64,000 nucleotides of DNA from Adineta vaga (GCA_021613535.1 CP075496.1:9424001-9488000), one strand, 5' to 3'; counted from the stretch's first letter, positions 1 to 13,462 are shown. Translations and numbers: made by a program. The notes: generated by a model from the letters alone, not told the origin.

Positions 1-656
1 AAATCATATTCTCGATTAAATGAATAAATATTTGTTAATTGAATATTTAAATATTTTAAATTCGGTGTATATTGAATTAATTGATAGATATATTTAAAAT
101 GATTTAAACTTAGTATTAAAGAATGAAGATGAAAATTTGTTTGTAAATCGCGAAAATTATTTTGATAACGAAGATGGATCATCGGTTGATAATGAAATAT
201 TTGCAAAACATTTTCAGGATGAAAAACTTTCGTTAAAATAAACTTTGTTTCGATGGAATATGGACCTATAATTTTGAATGTATGTAATCGTTGAAAATGT
301 TTTCGATTGAATAATAATTCAAGTTGTAAATAGGTCCAATCGGATGAAGATTTGATTATAATTGATGTTAAATTCGAGAAGATATTCAATGATATCCATA
401 TTGAAGGATCGAAAATGATCAATGTCTCTATTTTAGATGAAACAGTATAGATGATTGTTCGCCAGAATTGAAAATCTGTTGATGGTAATTCGAAATAATT
501 CAGATGACATTGAGGATGAAGAAGAAGTGTATTGAATCGTTCATTGAAATAGAAAAATGTATAGAAAATATCATTTGGAGATAAATAATCAAAAATTTCA
601 TGAACGATTTCTGTAGGAAAGCGATCTAGCCATGTTTTCGATTCGTTTTTGCACAT
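1..656 (-). CDS. F-box/LRR-like protein, partial (runs off the window start; not in the ORF track)
   Basis: Hand translation from ATG at 656 gives MCKNESKTWLDRFPTEIVHEIFDYLSPNDIFYTFFYFNERFNTLL, an F-box-like N-terminus matching the other F-box genes here. The frame stays open to position 1. Confidence 0.8.
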   Translation of the reverse strand, partial: MCKNESKTWLDRFPTEIVHEIFDYLSPNDIFYTFFYFNERFNTLLLHPQCHLNYFELPSTDFQFWRTIIYTVSSKIETLIIFDPSIWISLNIFSNLTSIIIKSSSDWTYLQLELLFNRKHFQRLHTFKIIGPYSIETKFILTKVFHPENVLQIFHYQPMIHLRYQNNFRDLQTNFHLHSLILSLNHFKYIYQLIQYTPNLKYLNIQLTNIYSFNREYD

Positions 657-781
657 TCTTTCCTATTTTTTTTAAATAGTGTATATCAAAACTAAAGTTC
701 TTTATCAATATAGAAAAGATAAAATTAAGTTCTTAAGATGAATCACGCAGATTCTGTATGAAAGACAATGTAAATATTAAA

Positions 782-1861
782 TTAATATGTTGTCTTATAA
801 GTTTGTTTCGTACACGTTTGTGCACTCTTATATATTGCTTCGATCATTCGATGACGTATTACAGCATCTTCCCAAGTTGGATAGATACCATCTTTCTTGG
901 CAAATTCATCATATGCTCGACTAACATTGATATGAGTACCTTGTTCTTCATCTAATTTGATTTCTGTCATATCTTCACCGTTAAAACTGGCATGAAGTGT
1001 CGGTGATGAAAGTTGCAAATGTCCAGTTGGACCTTTTATTTGTAATTCACCTTGAGTACCTTCCACTTCCCAAAGAAGATTAGTACCTTTATATGAGCCA
1101 CCACGTAAATGAACTGATGCATACGTACCAGATGTTAAGATTCCACTAACACTCATTTGATCATGAGATGTCAATGGTTCATCACGAATTTTATTTCCTT
1201 TATCATCACGAACTTCGATCATTTTCCTGGCATTATGTATCGTTGCTGTCACTGATTCAAATTCTCCAAATACATAACACATAGCATCCAATGAATGACC
1301 ACCTGGTATAGAAATCATCGTTGCTCCATTTTCAATATTAGCAAGATAAGCGTTGGTATTATCAATCGAAGCACCCCAAGCCGCACCACTAGCATACAGA
1401 TGAGTTGAAAGAATATTTCCTAACTTTCCAGAATCGATGATCTCTTTGATTTTTCTGATTACGGACGATTGACGTGCTTGCAATATTACCATAGTTTTTA
1501 TACCTTTTGATTGAGCTAATTGAGTTAATTCTTCGGCTTCTTGAAGATTTCGTGCAAGAGGCCATTCTACAATAGCATTTTTTCCTTGTAGTACAGCAGG
1601 CATGATCAATGGTTTATGTAATGGCACTTTGACAGATACAACAACAGTATCAACTTGTGAATCTTGAGCTAATTCTTCTGGTGAGCCATAATATTTCTCA
1701 ATACCAAATGCATCTGCTGCAGATTTTGCGGATTCAATCGTAGAATTTGCCAATGCTTTTATGCTATAAATTGAAGAATTCTGTAAATATCGTGCATGAG
1801 CATTTTCAGCCCAACGTCCTTTTGATAATCCTATGAATCCGATATTAATTTTAGAAGCCAT
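782..1861 (-). CDS. Gfo/Idh/MocA family oxidoreductase (Gal80-like), intronless
   Basis: Rossmann start INIGFIGLS..GRWA..AH; motifs VVVSVKVPLH, VEWPLA..L.EAEEL and IPGGHSLDA. ATG at 1861. Confidence 0.9.
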   Translation of the reverse strand: MASKINIGFIGLSKGRWAENAHARYLQNSSIYSIKALANSTIESAKSAADAFGIEKYYGSPEELAQDSQVDTVVVSVKVPLHKPLIMPAVLQGKNAIVEWPLARNLQEAEELTQLAQSKGIKTMVILQARQSSVIRKIKEIIDSGKLGNILSTHLYASGAAWGASIDNTNAYLANIENGATMISIPGGHSLDAMCYVFGEFESVTATIHNARKMIEVRDDKGNKIRDEPLTSHDQMSVSGILTSGTYASVHLRGGSYKGTNLLWEVEGTQGELQIKGPTGHLQLSSPTLHASFNGEDMTEIKLDEEQGTHINVSRAYDEFAKKDGIYPTWEDAVIRHRMIEAIYKSAQTCTKQTYKTTY

Positions 1862-2379
1862 CAAATTTGATAAAGACGACAAATTTCAATGTATTTATGC
1901 GTGTGATATTTCTATACTTATAAAGTGCATTCATCATGCTGACATAGCTCTTTTATATTTAAACGATGCAATTTACCGTACGTACGGTAAGGCCGCACGA
2001 TAAATTTACCTTGATGTATTTTTCACTGTCATATTCAGAAAGAGAATAAAAAATAAAAAGCACACACACATTTACCAGTGTTGCAATGAAAAACATATTC
2101 TCTTTTACACCATCACATGTAAATATTCTCTTATTTACTCACATTAAAACCCTATAGGTGTATCAGTCTTTTCTTGTTAAAAATTGAGTTCAATGCGAGC
2201 ATACTCTATGCATATAGTATGGATAGGATGTAGCGATAATGATGAAAAGATAGATGCACACATTTTTAATGAATGCTAGTCATTGCTTTACTAACGTACT
2301 GTTTGTGCTGATGCATTGAATATGAATATATGTAGTATTCATCATGAAAGTTGAGATTTATGAATTTCTACTGTTTCAT

Positions 2380-3923
2380 TCCTGATAGTGGCAGGATGTT
2401 AAAGCAACAGCTAGTAAATTGCGTTGATCATCTGATTTTTCGAATTTTAAACATACGTCCAGAGAACAATTACCATTAATATTTCCCATAGCGTAGGCAC
2501 TAAAACCTTCTGGACATTCTTGTACACACGATTCAGTAGCTATATTGCCATGTTGAAATGAGTAAATACCACCATAACGAGATTAAGTTTTTGTATTGGT
2601 TGTTATTCTTTCAGACAGACATACTTTTATACCATCGAAGTTGTAACCTTCTGAATATCCTTGAGTACACATGAATGTATTAGTAACTGGATTAACTTTT
2701 TGTGTTGCGAATGAACCACCAAACACATAAGTTGATTGGATAGTAGCATTATTGTATAAACTAGATTTTTGAATAAGATTCCGATTACTACCATAAAGAT
2801 TGATATAGCACTGCCCTTGACCGATATCAATGTTTTCACAGAATTGTTTCAATCAGAGAAATCCGTCGATTCATACTGAATTGAACTATGTAACAGATAT
2901 GTAGTAAATTCATATTTACACACTGATCGTAGACTATAGTACCGTCTAGATGGAAAATACATTGAAAATTTTTCTGAAAAAATGTTTGTATGACAATCAA
3001 GCAATATCTTACGATGGCATGCGAGAAACATCTGAGCAAGTACGAATAAATCCACCAAACTACGTTGTTTGTGAAACTGGAGCACAAAAGTTGTCATCTA
3101 TATTAGCAATCCAATTGACGGACGGGGAATCTCTATTCATACATCCTCGAACAATGTTCATTTCTACATAGCTGTTTACTGCTTGGTCGATTTCTTTTCG
3201 AACTTTAGTTACAGTTGTTTCAGTCAATTCTAGAAATTTATCTGCATTAATAAAATAGGTTATATTTTTAATAGCTCGATGAATGATGGCTGGATTCGTT
3301 TCAAACTGATGCTTGCCATGCTTCCATATGATTGCCAAGTATGAACACATCGCTGTCCTTGGAACTTACTACTTTTTCGCTGAATATTCTTTTTAGATTC
3401 ATTGGCTGTGGCATGAGGAGTAACTGAAATGGGATATAAAATCTTCTTCGATGATTGATCCAACCAAATATAGACGTTTGGTAAAATGTGTTCCATATTT
3501 TTTAACAAACAATTGTGCATGATAAATGCCCGGAAGACGTTGATTAGTCGTTTGGATATTCAAAAATATTCGGTAGATCCTTCCTTACTTGCGAATGCAA
3601 TGGATATGAAGGTTGTAGATTTTGAATCCCAAATAACCAGCACTTCTACCGATTATCAGATTTGATGCGTAGTCATTGCTTCGCGTGTCAAATGTGTCAA
3701 TCTCAGTAGATCCAAGTTCAATATTATTTTCGTACAAAGGAATCATTTCGATACAGGATTGAAACTTATCAGAACTGTTAAAATTTGACACCTTGGAAAC
3801 TGGAGCCATATCAGGAAATTGTAAGTGATCCCATCCAAGACCTGGATAAATATCAACCTTCAATGATCTTTCACCACCACAACGTAGAATTTAAAAACAA
3901 AAAAGTGTTGAACAGATTTGCAT
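2380..3923 (-). pseudogene. MPEG1/perforin-2-like MACPF pore-forming protein, disrupted
   Basis: Collinear fragments in several frames: YPGLGWDHLQFPDMAPV (MPEG1 N-terminal GWD motif), RGCMNRDSPSVNWIANIDDNFC, VFGGSF..VNPVTNTFMCTQGY, and after an in-frame TAA at 2583 YGGIYSF..GN..CPEGFS..GNC (P2 domain). Multiple frameshifts and stops. Confidence 0.75.
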
Positions 3924-4475
3924 TTTCAATTGTTATGCTTTATCTATGTGCTTAGAAAACGTGAACTTCACAATCTAAAACATAACAATAACTTACTAGA
4001 TCTCAAATCGGCTTTTACACATCCAAAACGGCACTAATAATCTTTTTGTGTTGCAAATGTGTTTTTTTTCTGTTTTAAAAATGAGATTATTGAAAATGCA
4101 GACAACTTAAATACTCTTATAGTCACTGCAGGTCAGCAGTAATTGAATTCAATATGGTTCGAAAGTATTTCTTAAGAATAATATCTCATATCACCATATA
4201 ATCCGCTCGTATCTAATTTCATACAATAAACATTAGAAAAATCATGCATAAAGACAGAATGTATCTCGCTTCATGATTTTCATCGAATTACTTTTTTAAT
4301 AAGATTAGAAATATGAGAAGAGCATTACCGTAACTCTTATTCGTCCCAATTTCTATCTAAATCCTGGTACTTAGGCGACGACTTCATTATTATTTTTACT
4401 TTCGAAAAGAATTTATTTTTTTATCTTTTGAAATGAGTGTAACTCGTGAGCATTGGTAAACATAGTGTCTTTTAT

Positions 4476-5040
4476 TTAGAAACTTTCCATAGGTGGTTGA
4501 GCAACGATACACAATGTTGCTGGAAATTGGACACTTGCTCGTGAAGTCAATGATGCTGTTCTCCAAAGACAGGGACAGGTAATATTTAGTCCATGTGCTT
4601 CAACTAACGTTAGTTGGTCATCACATTTGATTTGTTTTTGATCACTTGATGGCTAATAAGAAATTGTTCTGATTATTAATTAATGATCGAACATCGTTCA
4701 GAAATAGACTTACATTACCAGACCAGAACGGTTCATGATCGATGAAACGACCAAATGTTGCTTGACAGAAATTACGATACAGACGTGTATTAAGAATATG
4801 TAAATGATAGTAGAGATCGAGCTTTTTTGGTGGACCACATTGATAAAGTCCATCACGTAAGGCAGTATAATAATTTTCCAGTTCATATATAGCTTTATTA
4901 GCTTCTACTTCAGTATGATTGGCCATTTCTTGAATGATCAGTTCTTTCATATATTGTCGATCATCATCAGGCAATGTAACACGTTCAATAGCAGCTACGT
5001 ATGCAAAAATGCATAAAAATATGATGCAACAAACTTTCAT
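4476..5040 (-). CDS. Small secreted protein with a glycine-rich-domain-protein (GRDP/DUF1399)-like helical motif; 2 exons (5040-4714, 4652-4476)
   Basis: Signal peptide MKVCCIIFLCIFAYVAA; motif PPKKLDLYYHLHILNTRLYRNFCQATFGRFIDH; GT-AG intron 4713-4653 restores an open frame to TAA at 4476. Confidence 0.65.
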
Positions 5041-5930
5041 CGTGGCTATACCCTTCGTTATTACAAATATACTGATCTTTCGATATAATCGTTCTAAATG
5101 GTAAAAGAAATAACAATTCATATGCAAATCGAGATATTACAAAAATAAATCATATAGAATGAAATAAGAAAAAAGTATTATTTACTGACAAAAATATAAC
5201 TCTTATGTATCCAAGATGAAGAATAATTTGGAATACATATTTAAATTTGCTTATAAGACTAGGAGTCAAAATGCATTCAAAGAAAAGGAATAGTCACTGT
5301 CAATAATATTCCTAAAGTTACTGTAGAATTGAAATAAAATTTTCAGTGATTTAATCTCATTGAATTGAATAATCTTTTCTTCTAGTGAATGAAGTTTATG
5401 ATCATAACGTCTACTATACAAAAAAGTTATAAATTAAGTTTTTTCTAACGCATCTATTGGTGATGTTCTAGTCTTTCTATATCGAGTCGTGGTATTTCAT
5501 ATACAACTATCAAGCTTTTCTACCACATTCATCTATAACATCTTTTGTCATGTGATGTCCTTGTTTTAAGATCCATATTTTCCAATTTTCATGTGCAAAT
5601 CAGAAAGAGACAGAAAGAAGAATGCAATACGAGTTTCTTTCTGTCATTTTATATTCTCATTATGGTATCGTATTGATAATCATATCCCAAACACAAGAAT
5701 GAAAAGTTCACATAGAAACATTTGAATTGAAATATGTGCATATGTATTATCATTGAAAAATTTTAATGTAGAATAATATAGATTTAATATATTATGGGCA
5801 GAACGAAAAAAAAACAACATGCGAAAAACATGTGCAAACAGGTTTTTATTTGAATATGATAACATCTTACATCTTTCGTTGATATGAGGTTGTATTTTCG
5901 TATTTATTGATCTTCAACTATTTCATCAAT

Positions 5931-8079
5931 ATGGTTCGGTACTGTTGGTTAGATATTTTGCCTGTTGAAATAATACATATTTTATTTACTTATTTTTCTG
6001 CACATGAATTACTTCGAATGCTCTTCGATGTCAGTGATTATATTAATGATATTTTATGTACATATTCAACATATCATATCAGTTTAAAATTGATTCAAAA
6101 ATCCGATCTGAATTTAATTCATAATCGTATTTTACCTGAACAAGTCATTTCTTTGACACTTTCTGATGATAACAATACAATTGTTCAATCCAAAATATTT
6201 CTATCTTATTTTCGTATGGAACAATTTACGCGTTTAAGAATATTGAGATTAGTTCAGATTGATATTCAATCATTAAAATCTATTTTCTCAGTATTACATA
6301 CATTAAGAGATTTACGTTCATTGTCATTCAATATTGAAACAATTCGACATCGATTTCCAGCATGGAATAATGGTTATTCAAATGAATTCAATCAATTGTC
6401 TACTCTCCTAGCCAATACTTACTTACAAATAGTACCTCGACTTAATCATGTCTATTTAAATAATTCAAATGATTTAATCACACTACCACAACTAGCAAAT
6501 TTGTGTCGATTGAAACTCGACAAATGTTCATTGAATGATTTGATGATAATCTTTTCGAATGCATCAGAATTAAAATCGTTAGACATTTCTTTCAATACGG
6601 ATATATCCAACAATGTTTTCATTTTACCATCAAATCAATTGAATCGATTGATTGTAACAATTAAAGGTAAACATATCAGAAGTCATCTATAAAATGCTTA
6701 TAATTCATTTCTGTGAATAGATCAACGTCTTTCAAAAACTCAGATAGAACAATTCCTATCTAATTCATTTCATTTAAAACATTTGGAATTTCAAGCAAAT
6801 GTTTGTGAAGATATAACTGATGGTTATTTTTGGCAACAAATAGCACATTCTTTCATAACATTGAATTTCAAAGTTAATATCTTACAAATTGATGTGCAAA
6901 AAACACTTGATTCATTTCGTACATCATTCTGGCTTGAAGAGAAACATTGGTATGTTGCTTTTCAAAATGGATGTTTATTTTCGTTACCTCATTTCGCATC
7001 GGAATGTATGGACACCCTACATATGTCAATATTTCAATCAACAGCACCGAATCCTTCTCTAATGTATAGTCAACTGAATAAACTCACAGTGAATACAAAT
7101 CTCGATGAAAATGAACATTATCGATGTGCTCATATCAACACATTGGTATTAGAAATTCCGATATCGAGTGAAATACTTAAAGAAATCATTGATATAGATC
7201 AAGTAGAACATTTAATTATTTCATCACTAGATGATATGTTAACTTTTAAATCGCTGACGCACAAAATGTCTCGATTATCTAAATTAACTATAACGAATAG
7301 TGTTACTATGAATACAATCGAACGAATTCGAACTTATCAATTTACACAAATACGTAGTCTTCAAATTAGTTTGAGCGAAAGAAATATGGATTGTATTATC
7401 GAAGAATTGTTTCTTTTATTTCCTCATATCGAATATTTGATGTGTAAATCTCCTATTCCATCAGTAACTATGATGATTCGTATGCTAAATGGATTTGAAA
7501 AATTATTGAAAGGATCATTTTGTGCAGATTGCTCATTCTATTGGAGAGAATCCAATTTTTGTCGATATCCAAATTCGATCAATTCGCATTCACAACAGTA
7601 TACATGTCAAGTTTACCATTCACCAAACACACAAATACCGCTTTCTATTCAATGGAGCATTGAAAACCAAGTAAGATCTTATCTAAATTTGACAGACTCA
7701 CGTTCTTCTCATCTTATTATAGTCATTGAATCATTCATTTTGGAGACGAGGATACCGTTGGTATTATTTAAAATATCATGCATTACAAAGTTTAAATGAT
7801 AATTTTTTGTTTATTCGGTTTATCATAGAATTTCTCGTTTATTTCTTCATTGTTATTCTGATGCATACATTTTATCAAAGTTTCAATATGGAATTCTGTC
7901 TGATAAAAACTATTTTCATCACTATTTTCTACAATTTTTGTCGTTATCTATTTAATATATTCAAATCAGACAATATTTATATCATCTTAATCTATGAACT
8001 TTATATCTGGTGTTTTTTTAGTTTAATCGTATTTGTCTTTTCACTTTTCAGCCAAATAATTTATGATTCAAACAATTGA
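5931..8079 (+). CDS. F-box/LRR-like protein with a hydrophobic C-terminal tail; exons 5931-6666, 6721-7670, 7723-8079
   Basis: WLDILPVEIIHILFTY F-box start, LRR-like repeats and the FRTSFWLEEKHWYV motif shared with paralogues. Two in-phase GT-AG introns join three ORFs of the track. Confidence 0.8.
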
Positions 8080-9000
8080 TAAGTTTTCAAACGAATGTCT
8101 TCACTTGTTTTTGTTTTGTTTCTATCTAATCAATAATAAATCACATCTGCAAGAACTCTTGAACTATCACCAAAATCAACTCAGCATCTATTCATTTTGC
8201 CGCCGTGAGCCTCATTGATATAACCATTTGTAGTGTTTCTTTTTTTCAATCAGAATTCCCTATGACAAAACGCAAAGAAAATGATTCATTGTGTGCTATG
8301 AAACGCCGTTAGTGACACTAAGATGGAAAAAAAGAAAATTTTGTTGATTCAATGCACCGTGAAGGACAATATTTAGGAAGGCATTCTTGCCATACAAGTA
8401 GTAAACAAACTGCATTTGTGTTGTTGAAACAATTTTTAATGCAGAATCCATTGTAAATATATTGAAAAAATAATATTTGAATAAAAAAAAGGAATTTTTT
8501 GAGTACAGAGAGAGAGATTTAAAGTAATGGAAAGAAAGTAATACTATTGGTAGAATACACTTTCGATAAAGTGTTTATATGGAGATTTTGGAAGGAAAAA
8601 TTAGACAATAAACGATGAGAAGTTTATCATGACGATACAGGTAATGTCAATTGGTGTTTGATATTTTTGTGATTGTTATAATTTGTTCAAGCGGGACGCA
8701 CAAAATCACTAAAGATCAGTTGATCTAAAGAGAAAATATATTATAATTAGTCTAAAATTATAGTATTATTACGAGATAGGCATATATTTAACTGACTATA
8801 AGTGAAAATAAGTTACCGAATCAATTTTCAAACTAACATGTTAGTATATCTAGTCTGTATTGATAAGAATATATGTTGTATCTTGATATAGGACTTCCTT
8901 AATTTAGAACGACTTCGTTTAACTATTGAAGATTTACCGGCTGACTTATCAACTATATACTAATTATAAATTTTTCTTTAGTGCTGATAGTACATCCGAG

Positions 9001-9280
9001 TAGGGGTGCACCAAATCCAATCCCAGTCAAATCCAAATCTAGGATTTGACAAGATTTGACTTGACTGGTAGTAAGCGACGATTTGTGTCGATATGCAATT
9101 TGACAATAATGGCGAATGTGTGGTGAATAAAAATGGATACTCATATAATGCCCCGTCTGCACCTATCGCACATCCATACTCACATATACGCCCTCGCTCA
9201 TATTCACACGCTCAGATTCTGTCAGGTCCAGGTCAAATCTAGTCAAATCCAATTCTAGAATTGGATTTGGTGCACCCCTA
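9001..9280. mobile_element. hAT-type MITE, 280 bp
   Basis: Perfect 21-bp TIR TAGGGGTGCACCAAATCCAAT / ATTGGATTTGGTGCACCCCTA; 8-bp target-site duplication CATCCGAG at 8993-9000 and 9281-9288; subterminal GTCAAATC/GATTTGAC repeats. Confidence 0.92.
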
Positions 9281-12043
9281 CATCCGAGCAACACAGCTTT
9301 TAGTATCTAGTTCAAGATACAGGAGTAAGACATCGATAGTACATTACTTTTGCGGATAATTTTATCTCTCAGCGATACTAAAAACAGACAATTAGAAATA
9401 TTCCATTGATTTCTTATTCTACAAAAGATCAGATTATTCTATATGCAAAAGGAAAATATACATTTAGCATTCTTTAGTGTTGTAGCGTCTTTCAAAGAGA
9501 TTTAGTACAATGATGTAATGTCTACACTCTTGTCTGATAGTGTTTGCTTTGAGATCGTAAAAGTTTTAGATGATAGGTGAAAATATTCAAAATTGAAAAC
9601 AATATTCACCAGCTCTATGTGTTAATCTTCGTCGAATAAAATGATAGTACATCGATTCTTTCTGTTACTATTGAGATTTTGTTTAACTAGTATTACGTCA
9701 AAAGCTTCATCATAACGATGAATATTCGTCTCTTCAAATAAAATAAGTAAAAGGTAATATTCATAAAGTAATGTTAAATCGTAATTTTCCGACCGAAGTG
9801 ACGCTTCATTGTATATTATATTCTCCTTCTTGCCTTTTTTTCACCAACATACACGTTATCGCTGACGCATCATTTGCGATTTCATATTTTTTGAATCATC
9901 ATCCTCATTTCCCATAGGCTTAGCGCCCGTTGAGGATATCTTTTATGATAAATATTATTCCTCGAAAAGCAAAAACCATCATCAATATGAGTCGTTGATG
10001 TTTTTCTCTCATTCCTACATTCTTTTAAGAGTGAAGATTACAGAATACAACATGGCGCCATAAAAAAGAAACATGCGATATCTAACGATATTTGAAAAGT
10101 AAGTATACATTTTTCTTCGTAATGTATAGATAACAACATGTTTATAACTCTACCTATTTTAGAATATTGACGACCCGCTGTGTTACGATTTGCGCCGTGT
10201 CTCGCTTGACCAAGCCGCTTCAGTGCAAGTAAACAACGATTACGATTCCTTAATTCCATACGAAACCGTGGTACCAATGTGGACGAAGATGCAAAATTCG
10301 TCCGATTATAAACTACAAATATAACAGATTTGAATTGTGTTCAAATATGAAAATGATGATCATACCATTTTGTAATAATGGATTATTATTTCCATGGAAA
10401 TGTTGAATAGGTGCTGGTAGAAATACTAAAATATAATTAATGAAAATAAAACTAAACTTCCTACTGCAATGGTCATTAAAGTTCTATGCTCAGGAATCAA
10501 TTCTTTAGAAGGACAAAGCAATTAAACCTGAAGAAAACATATCAGTTGATCTATGTCATCATTCAATAGAATTGAGACGTGTGTTGTATAATTCGTACAA
10601 TGGTAATTTGAAAATCGAGTTAATACGAAATTATCACATTATTTGTTTAGTAAAATCACTAATTACATTGTTTCTTTTATAGATTGCTCGATATGAAGTC
10701 CAATAGTCAATGTACCTAACAACATCATTTTATCGATAATCGTACGTTCATTGTCGAATTTGCAATTTATATGTCTTTTTTTTCGTTTCTAGTAAACTAT
10801 AATATCTTCTTAAAAATTGAATACAAAACAATACGTACTGAAAGGTTGAATGGGAATGATATTATCGTTGTGTTGATTACTAACACCAGATTCTTGCTAT
10901 ATATGTAAGAAAATTAAAAAAAGATAATGTTATTCAATCATCAATTATACTTGTCCTTCTAGTTCATTTTGTGAATCAAGATCTTCATTAGCTTCAAAGC
11001 CTGTATCACCAGCGAAGTTCTTATAGGAAAACACATTTATGATCAACGAATAATATAGCAAATATATAACAACTTACATCGATGGGTGTTCCGTTCATTT
11101 ATCGATTATAGATTTATTCTATGGAAATCTAAATTAATGCAGTAAAAAAATGGATTGAAATTGCTGTTTTCAGTGATGTTTATCATTCATATGTTTTACT
11201 TTTTTCTACCAATTCTATGAACAAAAATTTAGTTTTCAAAAGAAAGATTGCAAATGTCAAGATGTTAGAAGAGACAATCAATACTAGATTGATAACTATT
11301 TTAATTAACTTTGTTGTTTTGGGAATTTTTCGATTGAGAAAATGAAGATATTCTATTATAGCTTTACTAGAAGCTAATGATTCTCTAGGAAGTGATTAGA
11401 TTAATCTAATATGACAGTTGGAAGTTTATTTTAATGATTCTTAATCAGAGCCCATTGATTATTATAAAATAAATATTAACCAGTCATTTGGGTGTGGGTA
11501 TTAGCGCCATCTGTTGCAAGTTAAGAGATGCAACAGTTGTCCGATCATTTGCAGACTTTATTTCATATATATATATAATTTGTTTCATTAATTAGTATAT
11601 CGAAAAAAGTCGAATATTATTTTCAATTATAAACACGTGCGATTTCATTGAAACAGTCATCATTCTCCGTACAGGTATTTCGGTATTTATGACAATATTT
11701 TTATCATGTTTTAGTCAATTGTTTTGAATCATTCTTGGTCAGTTATGTTATAGTACAACGTTTGCAAGCATCTTGCAATAATTGATTGGTGAAACCTTCT
11801 CAGAAAACTAACGATCCTCTGATTTCAAAATAATATTTTGTATAAATACATTTATTAGTTTTAAAAAACGTTAGAATTCATCGATGCAAGATATCATCGT
11901 TAAGTAGACTCTGTTTTCATGGATATTTGCTTATTTTATTTTAAAAAAAAGAACACTGATGTACATTCACAATATTCTCTTATATACACGAGAGAATGAA
12001 TATACTTTTTTTTACAGCTAGCAACATAATCAAGCGTTTGTTT

Positions 12044-13462
12044 CTATACAAAAAATTTAAGACAACAATTCCATCGATATTTGATTGAAACCCAGTCATT
12101 CGTTTCAGCCAGGGTATAAACGAGTTTTTCAGCTTGTACTCTGTTTTCCATCATTCGTTTGAAACCATCTTCGATTCCATTCAATCCACCTGGCATATTT
12201 GTCACTCTGTTTGGTTTTAATAAACCTTTTGGTAATAAATAATCAGTCATTAATTTGCAAAATTTCTCAGCAAATTCTTTGTCTTCACGTTTAGCTGGGA
12301 AGTATTGACCGAAGAGAAGTTTCTCAAAGCCGAATATTGTGTATATTAATACTCGATATTCTGTAATATGTGCTGGTAGTTCTCGTTTTATGAAAGGTAA
12401 AACGGTTACTAGTTTTGACTGTTTTGACGTTAATGTCGCACACAATAATTTTGTTGAATCTTTCTCCGAAATACAATCGAATCCGTATGTTAGATCTCCA
12501 TTTGTAACTTCGATTATCTTAGAAACAACATTCGGATCATTATAATCAAAACAAATATCCGCACCAAGTCCTTGAAGATACTCATGACGCGCAGGTGATG
12601 CTGTAGTAATTACATGACAACCAATGGATTTAGCTAATTGAATAGCGCATTGTCCAACACTTGTACTACCTGCCCAGACAAGAAAATTGGTATTAACTGT
12701 CGCAGGTGGAAATGGCAAACCCATCTCATGAAATATGCCAAGAGCTGCTGTTATAGAAACAAGTGGAAGTGTAACAGCTTGTTCAGGTGTCATTGTCGAT
12801 GGATAACGAAAAACGAGCGATGCTTCTTGTACAACGTATTCCGAGAAAGCACCGCGAATATTCATTTCTGGATCGAGACCACCATGAACACAACCAACAA
12901 CACGTTCATCCTTTTTATAATTACCTAAATAATGAATAATTATCATATCTAAATAACACATAGAAATTGTTTCCGCCAAAACTATTATGTGACTATTGAA
13001 GTACAAATAAGTACTGGAATTTATTTTTACACGTGGGGATGAATCTTGCTTCGATTTCTCCTGTCCTTTTTTCAATTATAAAAGCAGTTGTCAACTATTA
13101 GGTACTTATCGAAAATTAATAACATTCAATAGTTTTCTTCATAGATAATCGAAGAAGAGATATGTATTCATACCAGCAGCCTTCTTCCCTATGCCAACGA
13201 CTACACCAGCAAAATCACAACCAACTATTGATCCTTCTTTAGCCAAACCAAATTGAACATGTTTCCAATCTGTTGGATTCTGTGCAACATGCGTAACTTT
13301 AATTAGAAGTTCTGTAGGTTCATATTTTGGCAACTAGGAAGAAAGAAATAATCAGGAAAATATGTACGTCTATTTCATAAAAATAAGTAAATCGCTGAAT
13401 CTTACAGGTAGTTTTTCAATACGAAGTTTTTTATATTCGCCTACAACTAAAGCCACTGGCAT
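12044..13462 (-). CDS. MDR-family enoyl-reductase-like oxidoreductase (TOXD/LovC-like), copy 1; exons 13462-13406, 13333-13174, 12924-12044 (365 aa)
   Basis: Motifs VAQNPTDWKH, GCDFAGVV, GAFSEY, LVWAGSTSVGQCAIQLAK, GGLNGIEDG and AEKLVY; both introns are in phase. Confidence 0.9.

Noticed and set aside
8200-8720. Coding-like stretch downstream of the F-box gene
   Set aside because: Frequent stops and no recognisable motif; cannot be assigned.
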